A stretch of 64,000 nt of DNA from Eledone cirrhosa. Taxonomy: Eukaryota. The stretch lies in contig OZ024740.1 of NCBI GenBank assembly GCA_964016885.1, positions 158,968,001-159,032,000 on the forward strand, read 5' to 3'. Position 1 is the stretch's first letter. Every line of letters starts with the position of its first letter. The position numbers and the translations under genes were made by a program. Of this stretch, positions 53,444 through 64,000 are shown one piece after another. The notes under the pieces are model-generated. The model ran no database searches. It was not told the origin of the DNA and worked only from the letters and a program-made list of their open reading frames with translations.

Positions 53444-56400
53444 TAGACCGGGCGTGCGGTAGATCGTCGGTAAGTTTTTGTAAAATTTTTTATACAAAAA
53501 CAGAATTTATTGTGTGAAAATTTATATTGTTTAATAGATTAACACCCAGGCTGAATTGTCAAATGAGTGGTAATCTCAGTTTTCGCCCTACAGAGGCGGA
53601 AATGTTATTTGAAAATCTTTCAAAAATTTAATATTTTTGCTATCGATAATGGCTAGCTTAGTAGAAGCAACGCTACTGAACGCTGACAAAGAAAGTAGAG
53701 AGAGAAATGCAGAGAGTAACGTTACCGTAACTTGTGCCTACATAGGCGTCACTATGGAGACAAATAGTGACAACAAAGTTTTGTTTTGCCAAGAAGCCGA
53801 AAAATGCAACTTACAAGATGGACCACACAACTTACAACAGACATAAAAAACCACAAAAATGAAACGATAGACACAACTACAACCACAACAACAACACCAA
53901 CAAATAACTTTTACAGAAACAGTCACAAATAATAATAACGTTACCGCTAACTCCGCATGTATTGGCGTCACCATGGAAGCCAATATGGACAACAAAAATA
54001 AAAACCAGATCGAACCACACAGTGTACAACAGACACCAAAAACAACAGAAAATAAAGCCATTGACACAACTACACACGGAAAAACCGACAACCACAACAA
54101 CAACAATAACAGCAACACCAAAAAAACCTTTGCGCAAACAGTCATCAAGAAACAAAAATTCAAGGATCTCGATATCTCCAATGCGCAACAGATGCTCTCT
54201 GAAGCAAAGGAGTTTATCACTTTAGGTGAAAACGGTGGATTTCAAACAAACTCACCGCCAGAAATTCGTCTGGAAACATTTCGAAGGACTACCTTCAGAA
54301 CTGTTTCAAATGAAACAAAACGACCAGTATTCCCCAGTCAAGGGGAAATTGAGGCAACCTTGAAGGAGATATTGCCAAACATTGACTTTATGAAGAGGGC
54401 CAAACAGTACGAGAGTATTTCGGTACCCCTCAAAAGCGAGGCCCTTGCACAAAGATACTCAGTGACGCCAATACTGTCAAGAAAATACACCTTTTTTCCC
54501 TACATACCTGGGAAAAAGGACACAAAAAATCAGAATTACAAACATACCACCAAATATTAATATTTGGTGGATATTGGTAGGATTTTTAGAGGAGAGAAAA
54601 GACACCATTCTCCCCATCAAAAAGTCAACCAGACACACGTGGTCTGGTACAAATTTGGAGATTATGATGCAAATGAGCCCGAAAAGAATCTCCAAAATAC
54701 CAGAAAAAGTGCTGGTGGACAACAACAGCCACATAAGCATTTCGGTTGAGGGACGAAAACCACATTGCTTCGTCGCAATAGCACCACACACCTAAAGGCC
54801 TCCTGGCCGATAGATATCGACTAGATTTCCCGACTGCACCACAGTGGACGTGGGCAAATCGCAGCGGGACATCTAGATCGTATTTAGATAAGTTTTTCAT
54901 TAGAGAGAAGGACAAGAAGATGTTAAGCTGTCTACAAATGCACATGGTTGCCTATTCAGACTACAAACTAGTCATCTGCATAGTAAACCGTGATAGAATA
55001 CATAGACAAGGACCCGGATACTGGAAGCTGAACGTGTCGCTACCGATACGTAAAGCCTACAGTGAACGGATAAGTAGATTAGTTAAGCAACAATTGACGG
55101 GAGCCATCGTCAACAACAGATGGTGGTACTCCCTCAAGAAAGCAATTAAAGTAGAGTCGATAGACTTTAGCAGAGAGTTAGCCTTCGAGAGAAAACAAAA
55201 CAGAAACGGAACTAGTAGCCAAGGTAGAGGAGGCGCTTAGGAGTGACAACTAGAGTGCTAGCAACGAGAACGGCACTGGACCAGTTTTTCGACGCGAAAC
55301 ACGAAGGCTGCGTGGTTAGAAGAAAATCACGTGCTCTAGGAAACAAGGGAACGAAAGCTGTTAGCTGGGCCCGAGTGACGGAGGCAAAAAGTGGCAACAA
55401 GTCCACGATTCGGTCTTTGAAAGACCAAAACGGACGCGTGCTAATTGACCCCAAGCGGATGTGCGCGGCCTTTCCTCCGGTACTTTGCGCAACTGTTCGG
55501 GCAGAGTGGCGGTGCGTCGAACGAGGAAATGGACTTCGGTTCATACCTCGACGGCCTGCTGCGTCCCTCGAGCATGGACACCGAGTTCTGCGAAAGACCG
55601 ATCACAGCCACTGAGATACGGGACGCTCTGGGCCGCTGCGGGAAATGCAAACCACCCGGTCTAGATGGTGTACCCTATGAATTTTACATAGGCATGCCGG
55701 ACTTGTTCTCTGGCGTCCTCGAGGTCGTCTACTGCAACTGGCAGCAGAATGGGATAATTCCCAGTTCTGCAGGCAGGGGCGTAGTAACGCTGATCAGGAA
55801 AGACGAGAACAAGGGGGACGAACTAAGCATCTTTAGGCCCATAACTCTGTTCAACACAGAGTTAAAGATTTTGGCCAAGGTGTTGGCAACCTGGTAGGGA
55901 AAGTGCAAACGTGTGCAATTCCGACCAGGTCCATACACGACACGCTCCACCTCATGCGATACATCATACAGAGGGTGGGGTGTAAACCCAGCTTTGGTGG
56001 GGCTCTGATCAATTTAGATCAGTCTAAGGCCTTCAATAGGGTCGACCATCGATACTTGGAAGCGGTTCTCAAGGCGGCCGGTTTCGGACCCGTCTTCAGA
56101 GGCTGGATCGCCGCAATGCAGACCAGCATGTGCTCGATGGTCAAGGTGAACGGCTACCTATCGGAGCCGTTCACAATCACGCGTTCCATCCGACAGGGAT
56201 GCCCTCTCTCCTCCATTCTGTACGTACTGACTGTAGAGTCACTACTGCGGAAGCTTGAGCTGCTGCAGGGCATTCCGTTGTAACCAGGACTGCGGAAAGC
56301 GGCCTCGCCTTATGTCGACGACGTGACGGCAATTGTGTCGGAAGCGCCCGAAATCGGGGCGATCGGCAAATTACTGCAGGAAATTGAAAGGCTCACAGGA

Positions 56401-57911
56401 GCAAAACTGAACCCGCACAAGTCTGTCGGTTTGCAACTCGGAACGTGGAGAGGCAAACCGATGCCGTCCGACAGCATCGTCGGACGCTGGACGGACGGAC
56501 CGGTAAAATTGCTCGGGGTCTGGTTCGGTCCAGACCTCCAGGTGGAGAAAAACTGGAACGAGGTCACAGCCAAGGTGTTTGCACTCACCCAGAAATGGGC
56601 AGAGTGCAAACTATCCTTGAAAGGTCGAGCGGAGGTGGCAAACACTTTCATAGCGTCCGTCATCTACTACCGCTTGACCGTCGTGCCTTGTTCCCGTGAG
56701 TACCTCACCAAGATGGAATGCATGCTCTTCCAGTTCCTTTGGAAGAAGAAGGCTCCACTGGTGAGGAGATCCGTCTACTGTCAGCACCCTTCCAACGGAG
56801 GGCTGGTAATGCCGTGGCTGATGATGCGCAAGCATGCACTGAGGCTACGACATCTACAGGTATTCCTCACCGACCCCCAACCGGTGTGGGCACCGTTTGT
56901 GAGACAGGCCTTCTCGCAACTTGTCTCGCTGACGGCGCTGCAGTCCTATGTCAAGCGAAGACCGAAGAAGAGGGGCGCCTGGCACATTGAATGCGCTCAG
57001 GCGCTCACAGTCCTCTGTCAAGCGGACACGGCAATCAGTGGAGACTCCACTTCCACATTCTATAGAGGGTTAGTACGACACAAGGGCGACGACGTGCTCG
57101 GAGAGACTCTAGGCGTCGAAGACGATGAACTCACCTCTCTGTTTGGTAGGACTTTCCGCCCGGGACCCATGGACAACTTCCAGAGGCCCCTGGCCTGGCA
57201 GTGCTACCGAGGAGCTCTACCAGTTCGTGACAAGATCTACAGGCACGGACGCCCCGGCAGGGATCCTTCCAAGAGGACGTGTCCAAGATGCGCGCAGGAC
57301 ATTGAAACCGTCCTGCACGCAATTGTACACTGCCCGGGCGTAACAGACCTGTGGAACTACGCGGAACAACTGCTGTCGTGTATGGGACAAATCCAGTTGA
57401 CTGCCTAGTCCATAGTAAGGATCAAACCGCCAACTTCTTTCAAAAACAAAAGAGAGGCGGTTTTCCTCTGTACAGTGGCTATGGTGAAAGAGGTTATATG
57501 GTGGATGAGATTGAGAGGAATGAGGACAGATATCTTTCTCTCCGGACAACAACTCATCCCCTTCTTTAGATACCACTTTAGAAGGAGAATCAGAGTGGAG
57601 AGAGAGGCACTGTACCGCAGTAAATTTACTGAAAGGTGGGTGAATGTGGCAACGATGGCCCGAGTGATTGCGCCTTCTCTGTATATAAACCTGTAGTTGA
57701 AGAAGAGAAGGAAGAAATGAGCACTTGCACAACACACTCCTGAGGTTGAGGGTTGTTCTATCGACGGGGTATTAAACAAGACATTTGTGGCGCCTCCCTC
57801 CTATTGGGAATTTCGATTGTTTTATATTTTTTTACACGATTGTATGTAAAATCCCCGGCATGTCTTTGTTTTGTCCCCTTTTCTTGTGCGCCCTTGTGGC
57901 TAATAAAGAAA
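53444..57911 (+). mobile_element. L1/Tx1-clade LINE B: 5'UTR, ORF1 (approx. 53649-54790), deletion, ORF2 remainder to 57696
   Basis: ORF1 YTFFP.Y.GK and SVEGRKPHC are fused to the middle of the APE (LADRYRLDF). RT IRQGCPLS, YVDD; zf-RVT; AATAAA then (TATC)n. Confidence 0.9.
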
Positions 57912-57939
57912 TCTATCTATCTATCTATCTATCTATCTC

Positions 57940-60020
57940 GCATAGTATAGACGCGTACAACATCGGCTCCTGCCTTTTTGAATTTTTACCTATTGACAGT
58001 AAGTGTTTGTCTCTTTATTGTGTTGTCTTCGTGTCTTTTAACCACCCGTCTACCTAGCCGGGTGGGCATCGTATTTTTACCCCTTTTGGGGGTAAAAACT
58101 ACTCCAAAAAGTTTTTGCTGACTCACATGGTAAAAAATTGACGCCATGTCTGTAGCACGTGTGAATGAAAACGCCACGCTCACTAAGGAAGAAGAGAGAA
58201 AGAAGCAAGCGGTACAAAGCGTTTTGCTTTCCCGTGTCAACGTTTTAAAAGACTTTGTAAAAGGCGATATGCCGGACAAACAAGTAAATACGGGTGCAAA
58301 CCCAATTAATTACAACGAAAACACTAACAATGACAAAACCAACACACCAAATGAGAAAGACAACAACAACAAAAATGAAAATAACTCAAACTACGAGAAA
58401 CAGAACAACTGAAACACCAACAACGAAAACAAAATATCTTTTGCACAGACTGCTAAAATATCAGTCACCTATGTGCTTGAGGATATAACAAATGCAAAAG
58501 AAATGCTTGAAAAAGCAAAAAAATATGTATCTTTTGGCGAAAATGGATCTTTTTCCATCAATTCGCCCCCAGAACTAAAAAAAACAGACGGAATTACGAA
58601 CTGTTGTATTCCGTACAATTGCCAAACAATTGCAAAACAATTGCCGTACAATTGCAAAACAAGAAAACCAGCACAACCATCTCAAGCTGAAATTCAGTTG
58701 GGCCTGAAAGAGGCTATGAAAGACATAATTTTCATAAAAAAGGATAAACTCTATGGGAGTTTATCCATATTGATGAAAGACGAATTGGCGGCGAAAAAAT
58801 ACTCTGTGTCGCCAATTCGTTCCACACATTACACCTTTTTTCCAACCTACATGGGTAAAAAAACCCAAAGAATTTGGATAACCACCATCACCCCCCAACA
58901 TAAACTACTGGTAGTTACTAACCGGTTTCCTCAACTTGGACGAGGACAACGTTATATCAATAGGGAAGGCGTCCGGCGACGCGTTCAGTGGAACGAGCAT
59001 TGAAGTTCTGACCCAAATAAGGCCAGAACATATCGCCCAAATCCATGAACGCGTCATGCTGGATGACCGTATCCACCTCAACATTATTGTGGAGGGTAGG
59101 CGTCCCTCCTGTTACCTCTGTAAGGCTGCTTGTCCCCAGCTCACACCGAAAAAAAGATTGCTACCAACACCCCAACAACAACAACATCAAAAACAACCAA
59201 CACCACCACCACCCCAACAACAACAACAAAAACAAAAACAACCACAACAACAACAACAAAAACCAACAACACCACCACTACAACAACAACAAGCAAGTGA
59301 AAAAACAACACAGAACACTGTCCCACCCAACCCCTCCCCACCCAAAACAAATACAAAAACACACATACCGCAAACACTATCAGAAAATATACCCCTCCCA
59401 CCCAACAAGGAAGACGAACCCCTTTCGTCGCAAGACGACAAAGATCCCTTCCAAATAGTAAAAAGAAAGAAGAGGAGGCGCACCACAGACACACTTATTA
59501 ACATAAACCTCCCCAAGAGAAAACAAACTATACACAAACCACCCCCCTCCGTCACACATCACGAACTGCAACGCAAAAAAAGACTTTACAATATACATAT
59601 ATGAACACAAACAACAAAGAACTAATGAACACAATTTCGTCAAACCCTTCGGTCCAAACTGAAGGGCCTAACTTTCTAACTGCTGTGGGACTACGTCATT
59701 TACAAATGATTAAAGTCCCAATGAACTTATACAAAACGTTGAAAATAAATTTCACGGTGGACGTGCCCCCCCCCCCTGCACCAAGCCAATCAACCTCGTC
59801 CTCCTAAAAAAATTCCCCACCTCCTACCCAGACACCCACTCAACTACAAACACCGCAATCCCACAACACACTGGTGCCCCTACACTTCCACAAACCACCA
59901 CCCCACCCGACAACCCATCCCCAACCCTCATGGAAATTGAGTGTCCCGCTCACCGGGACACAGAGAGGTAAGTGCTTTTTCTCCTTACCACCAACATGGC
60001 TGTGCTGAGAGTATGGTGTC
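57940..60020 (+). mobile_element. L1/Tx1-clade LINE C: 5'UTR + disrupted ORF1, ORF2 truncated after MAVLRVWC (ATG 59996)
   Basis: ORF1 homologous to element B (FGENGSF.INSPPE, YTFFPTYMGKK, IVEGRRPSCYLC). The ORF1 tail is homologous to 49411-49800. Confidence 0.8.
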
Positions 60021-60584
60021 TTCCCCTTCTTTTTCATATATATTTACCTAAACTGCGATTATCTGTTTCTCTCTTTCTCTCTTACTGCTCCCCCGTTCTC
60101 TCTGTTTCTCTTACCTTCTTTCACCCTCTCTGTCAGTTACACTTTTTCTCTCGACTGACCTCTTCCTCGCACTTCCACTCACTCACTCTCTGTTTCTCCC
60201 CTTCTCACTTCCTCCCGTTCGCTACTAGTGGGGTTCCTTCTTTCTCACACCGCACTCACGGCGTACGGTCTGCTTCTCTGACCGCTCATGAAATTCACCC
60301 AGATTTTGCTGATCGGATAATTACCATGTGGCTTGCTGTTTTCCAACCTTCGGTTTGCTTTTCCTTCTGTTGTTTACTTGTCTAACTCGCTTTACGCGTT
60401 TCATTTGTCCCAATAGCTTATTTTAGTTATTGCTCGCACCAACCTGAGGTATCTGATTTTTAATGCGATGAAATACCAATGATGGTTGGCAAAATCACTG
60501 ATGAGGGACTAATTTTATAATATGTAATCCATTTGCAACCATGCAGTATTCTTCTTCCCCTTGTTTTTCATATATATACATATA

Positions 60585-61772
60585 CAGGGTGCGGGCGGTA
60601 TTTGAGGACAGATTTATGGTTTAAAAAAACGCTTATATAATAACAAATAAAAGACCTGTATTCTTATAAAAATAACATAAACATAAAGCTAACTTATCAA
60701 TTTAATAATTTCATTCCACGCGGGGTCGAAATCGTTTACAAGCTCGGATTAAGTGATCTTTGTTCATATCGAACTTGATTCGAACTATGGCAGCTTTCAA
60801 AGAATCTTTGGTGCTATGAGGGTGTTCATTGACATTTTTCTCAACGATGCTCCATACATAGTAGTCCAGTGGATTGAGATCTGGAGAATTAGGAAGCCAA
60901 ATGTTGGGGGTGATGTGATCATGCAAATTGTCGGCCACCCATTCTTGTGTCATTTGAGCCTTGTGTGATGGTACTGAATCTCGTTGAAAGAGATAAGGCC
61001 TTCCATTGCATGCACTGTTGATCCAAGGCTTAACAACTTTATCCAGAACGCAACAGCATTCACCCTAAGGCCTTGTGGAAAAAAGTGAGGAGGCATCACA
61101 TGTCCTTCATTGCTAACAACACCCAAAACCATGACACTCTTGGAACCTCAGAAGAGTCTGCATATAGACACCTATCATTTCTTCTGTTAGTTTTCTGGTC
61201 CTGGTCAAAGTTTTTCTCATCTGAGAAAAACCAAAGCACACCATCTTCTGATGGATTTTTAAGTTTGTTCAAAAGTCTTTTGGATCGGAGTAAACGGTTT
61301 TCTTTCGTTATTTCTGACATGAATTAATCTCACCTCATCACGTAAGATTTGTATCTGATGTCTTCATGCAAAACATTTCTGATTGTTTTTTCTGACACAC
61401 CAACATTTTTTGCAATTGACCTCATTGATTTTCCTGAATTGTCATCACTGTTTTGCTTAACTTCCTGAATAAATTCAGGTGTCCTGATAGAATCAGAGCA
61501 TTTAGAATGTTTTTTACGTTTTGATACAGGTAATACGCTTCCATCTTTCTTTCTTTAACTCACATCGAAATTTGTGGACAAAAGATCTTGCAACTTTCAG
61601 AAAACGAGAAAGTTCTAAATCACCATGCTTAGCCTTCAAAGCCACAATCACAGCATGCCTTTTCATTTCATTAGTAAGCATAGTTATTTTCTGAAATAGA
61701 AGTTCAATAAAAATTAGTCAAATAAAATAATGACTAAAAATGCATGTCTCCTCAAATATCGTCCGCACTCTG
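60585..61772 (-). mobile_element. maT (DD37D) Tc1/mariner-superfamily transposon, decayed
   Basis: TA-flanked TIRs CAGGGTGCGGGCGGTATTTGAGGA / TCCTCAAATATCGTCCGCACTCTG. Motifs WFFSDEKNF, VMPPHFF, WLPNSPDLNPLDYYVW. Confidence 0.88.
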
Positions 61773-61973
61773 TATTCATTTATGTTTTGTGATTCACCAA
61801 TGGATAGAACTGGTCATTCCGTTTAGTTACTCATGATATTATAGTAGGAACATCACTCTAAGTTACACAACTCATTCATCGTGATGTTGAATCTCATGGC
61901 TGGTGCAGGAACGGAGTTAAATATCAAATCTGATTAAAATAACAGGAAGCCGGACTGGTAATATTCCTCTAGA

Positions 61974-62036
<63 letters not shown>

Positions 62037-62301
62037 GTGCGTCTCTATGTATATACATATGTATGTATGTATGTTCTTCTGGTTTTATAATTTCACAAAG
62101 TTTTACCAATAGAGAGAGAGTCGGTTTCTAACATAGACACAAGACTCTCTCATTGGAATTGACACAACATCAACTAGGTAGATATGTATGTATGCATGCA
62201 TGTGTAGATATGGATGTTATTGAATGTGTGGATGTGTATGTTTTGAGTTGTATGTGTGCATGTGTATATGCTTTGTATCTGTACATGTGTATGTGCAGTT
62301 A

Positions 62302-62511
62302 TTAGATGCAACATTTTTGGAATGTTTTACATATTTTTACTGTTCCATTAATGGATTGTACTTGTAGTTTCCTAACTAGTTGTGTTCTTTCTGTTCCTGT
62401 GAAGCCTAGCTTCTCAAGATTTGTATTGAGGCAGTTACTAACATATCCCAGTGCCCCAATAATCACAGGCATAAATCTGAAGGTGGAATCAGGGTGGAGT
62501 ATCTGCAGATT
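62302..62511 (-). pseudogene. R4/Dong-like LINE C-terminal RLE segment
   Basis: LQILHPDSTFRFMPVIIGALGYV...LQVQSINGTVKICKTF; runs into the gap. Confidence 0.7.
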
Positions 62512-62711
62512 NNNNNNNNNNNNNNNNNNNNNNNNNNNNNNNNNNNNNNNNNNNNNNNNNNNNNNNNNNNNNNNNNNNNNNNNNNNNNNNNNNNNNNNNN
62601 NNNNNNNNNNNNNNNNNNNNNNNNNNNNNNNNNNNNNNNNNNNNNNNNNNNNNNNNNNNNNNNNNNNNNNNNNNNNNNNNNNNNNNNNNNNNNNNNNNNN
62701 NNNNNNNNNNN
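62512..62711. other. Assembly gap (200 N)
   Basis: Run of n. Confidence 1.
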
Positions 62712-63432
62712 AAATCGAAGAATTCTGATTAATGATCGGAGAAACTCTTTCCCAGAAATTTAAGACTTTCAAATTTTGGAAAAGTAACCAAAAGCGATGC
62801 TAAAATTCGAAGAATTGCTCTGTCAACACATGATAATGGCTTAACAGCATTGCTTTAGCATTGTAACGTTATTGTTGCGTGACATCATCGTTATAGTGTT
62901 ATAAGGTAATAATTATTGCATAAATTAATTGTAATACTATTATTTGCCATTATTGCATAACACTCGCTTTGACATGATAACGCCATAGGTATAGAATTAT
63001 AACATAATCATTATTGTATTATAACATCATTATATGTTTATGAAATTTTATCCAAAGCCCAGTGCCATATTAATCCGGAGTTTATCCAAGTTTCATTGGC
63101 ATTTACAACACTCCCCCATGAACATAGCACCTGCATGTTACACAAGTTATAAAAATAATAACATAAGAATAAAACAAAACAAAGCCAGGTACTACATCTT
63201 ATGACCACAATGACGAAGATTTAGTGTTAGAAAATGCTGACTGAAGAAGAGTTAACGGACCGGGAAATATTTCACAGCATCACTGATCTTATACGAGATA
63301 ATATCTAAAATCGAACAAACTGCAATATTGCATCATCTGTTATCGGACTAACTTTCTTCCAAATTCGTAAGTGCCCTCTGTCTGTCTGTCTATCTTCCAC
63401 CCCTCACTCTCTCTTTCTCTCTCTCTATGTGC

Positions 63433-63486
<54 letters not shown>

Positions 63487-63578
63487 CAAAGGAATAGTGG
63501 TAAGCAACCAGATGGACCATAACGCACCAGAGTACTCAATACTTATGGTAGTAGAGTGGGAAATAGGAAAAAGTAAGA

Positions 63579-63671
63579 CCCCTACGCAGAGCTCAAGCCG
63601 TTTCGACAGCTATTTCTGGACTAAACTAGAATTTTTAGCCTGGTGAATAAATAGCCGAACTTTTCAAGGGG
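63579..63671 (-). ncRNA. Type I hammerhead with U3-A8 core and extended stem II
   Basis: Minus: cccc TTGAAAA gtt cggctattt..ggctaaa..tttagtc..aaatagctg tc GAAA cggc ttgagctct gcg TA gggg. Partial homologues at 12307-12365, 38105-38152 and 40602-40650. Confidence 0.7.
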
Positions 63672-64000
63672 ATACTTCCTTATATGGGAAGATTGTAGTT
63701 GTCAAGAAGATTGGTTAAAATTTGTTGTAAACACAAATAAGTCTATCATGTCATTTGGTGGGAGGTGGGGGTGGCTGAACTTGCCTGTAGAATAATAGGG
63801 GAGTGAGAGGAGCGGTCAAGCGTTGAAAGTGATATGTATACAGCAGATTCTGAGGATAGAGTATGAAGTGAAGGAGGGAGGTTATAGAATAGGTAAATCG
63901 AATGAGAGTAGGAGACAATAAAAGATAATAGAAAAAAAATATATATAAAATTAGATAGTGAGAAATGAATAAAAAAAATCACAATGCTATCTTACAATTA

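Noticed and set aside
63233-63292. CTGAAGA..GAAA..TC with tgctg/cagca flanks
   Set aside because: Stem II cannot be paired convincingly.

Overview
AT-rich eukaryotic, repeat-saturated DNA with no confidently identifiable host gene. The SINE/LINE mix and huge (TA)n/(CA)n/(TACA)n tracts suggest an octopus-like cephalopod (inference). Contents: a near-intact RTE LINE (APE + RT with an inserted PHD-like finger, 18.6-22.6 kb); a head-to-tail array of L1/Tx1-clade LINEs that all sit in (TATC)n (49-60 kb); CR1, RTE and R4/Dong fragments; mariner, maT (DD37D) and hAT-MITE relics; tRNA-derived SINEs; and several Penelope-like (GIY-YIG) fragments. The most striking signal is about 20 hand-foldable type I hammerhead ribozyme motifs from at least 10 sequence families. 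Most sit in short non-coding, (TA)n-embedded units with direct-plus-inverted (pseudo-LTR/retrozyme-like) architecture, and two have U3-A8 variant cores. A 608-bp non-autonomous RTE derivative with an HDV-like 5' pseudoknot occurs twice. Most ORFs in the track are microsatellite artefacts. All folds were threaded by eye; no searches were run.
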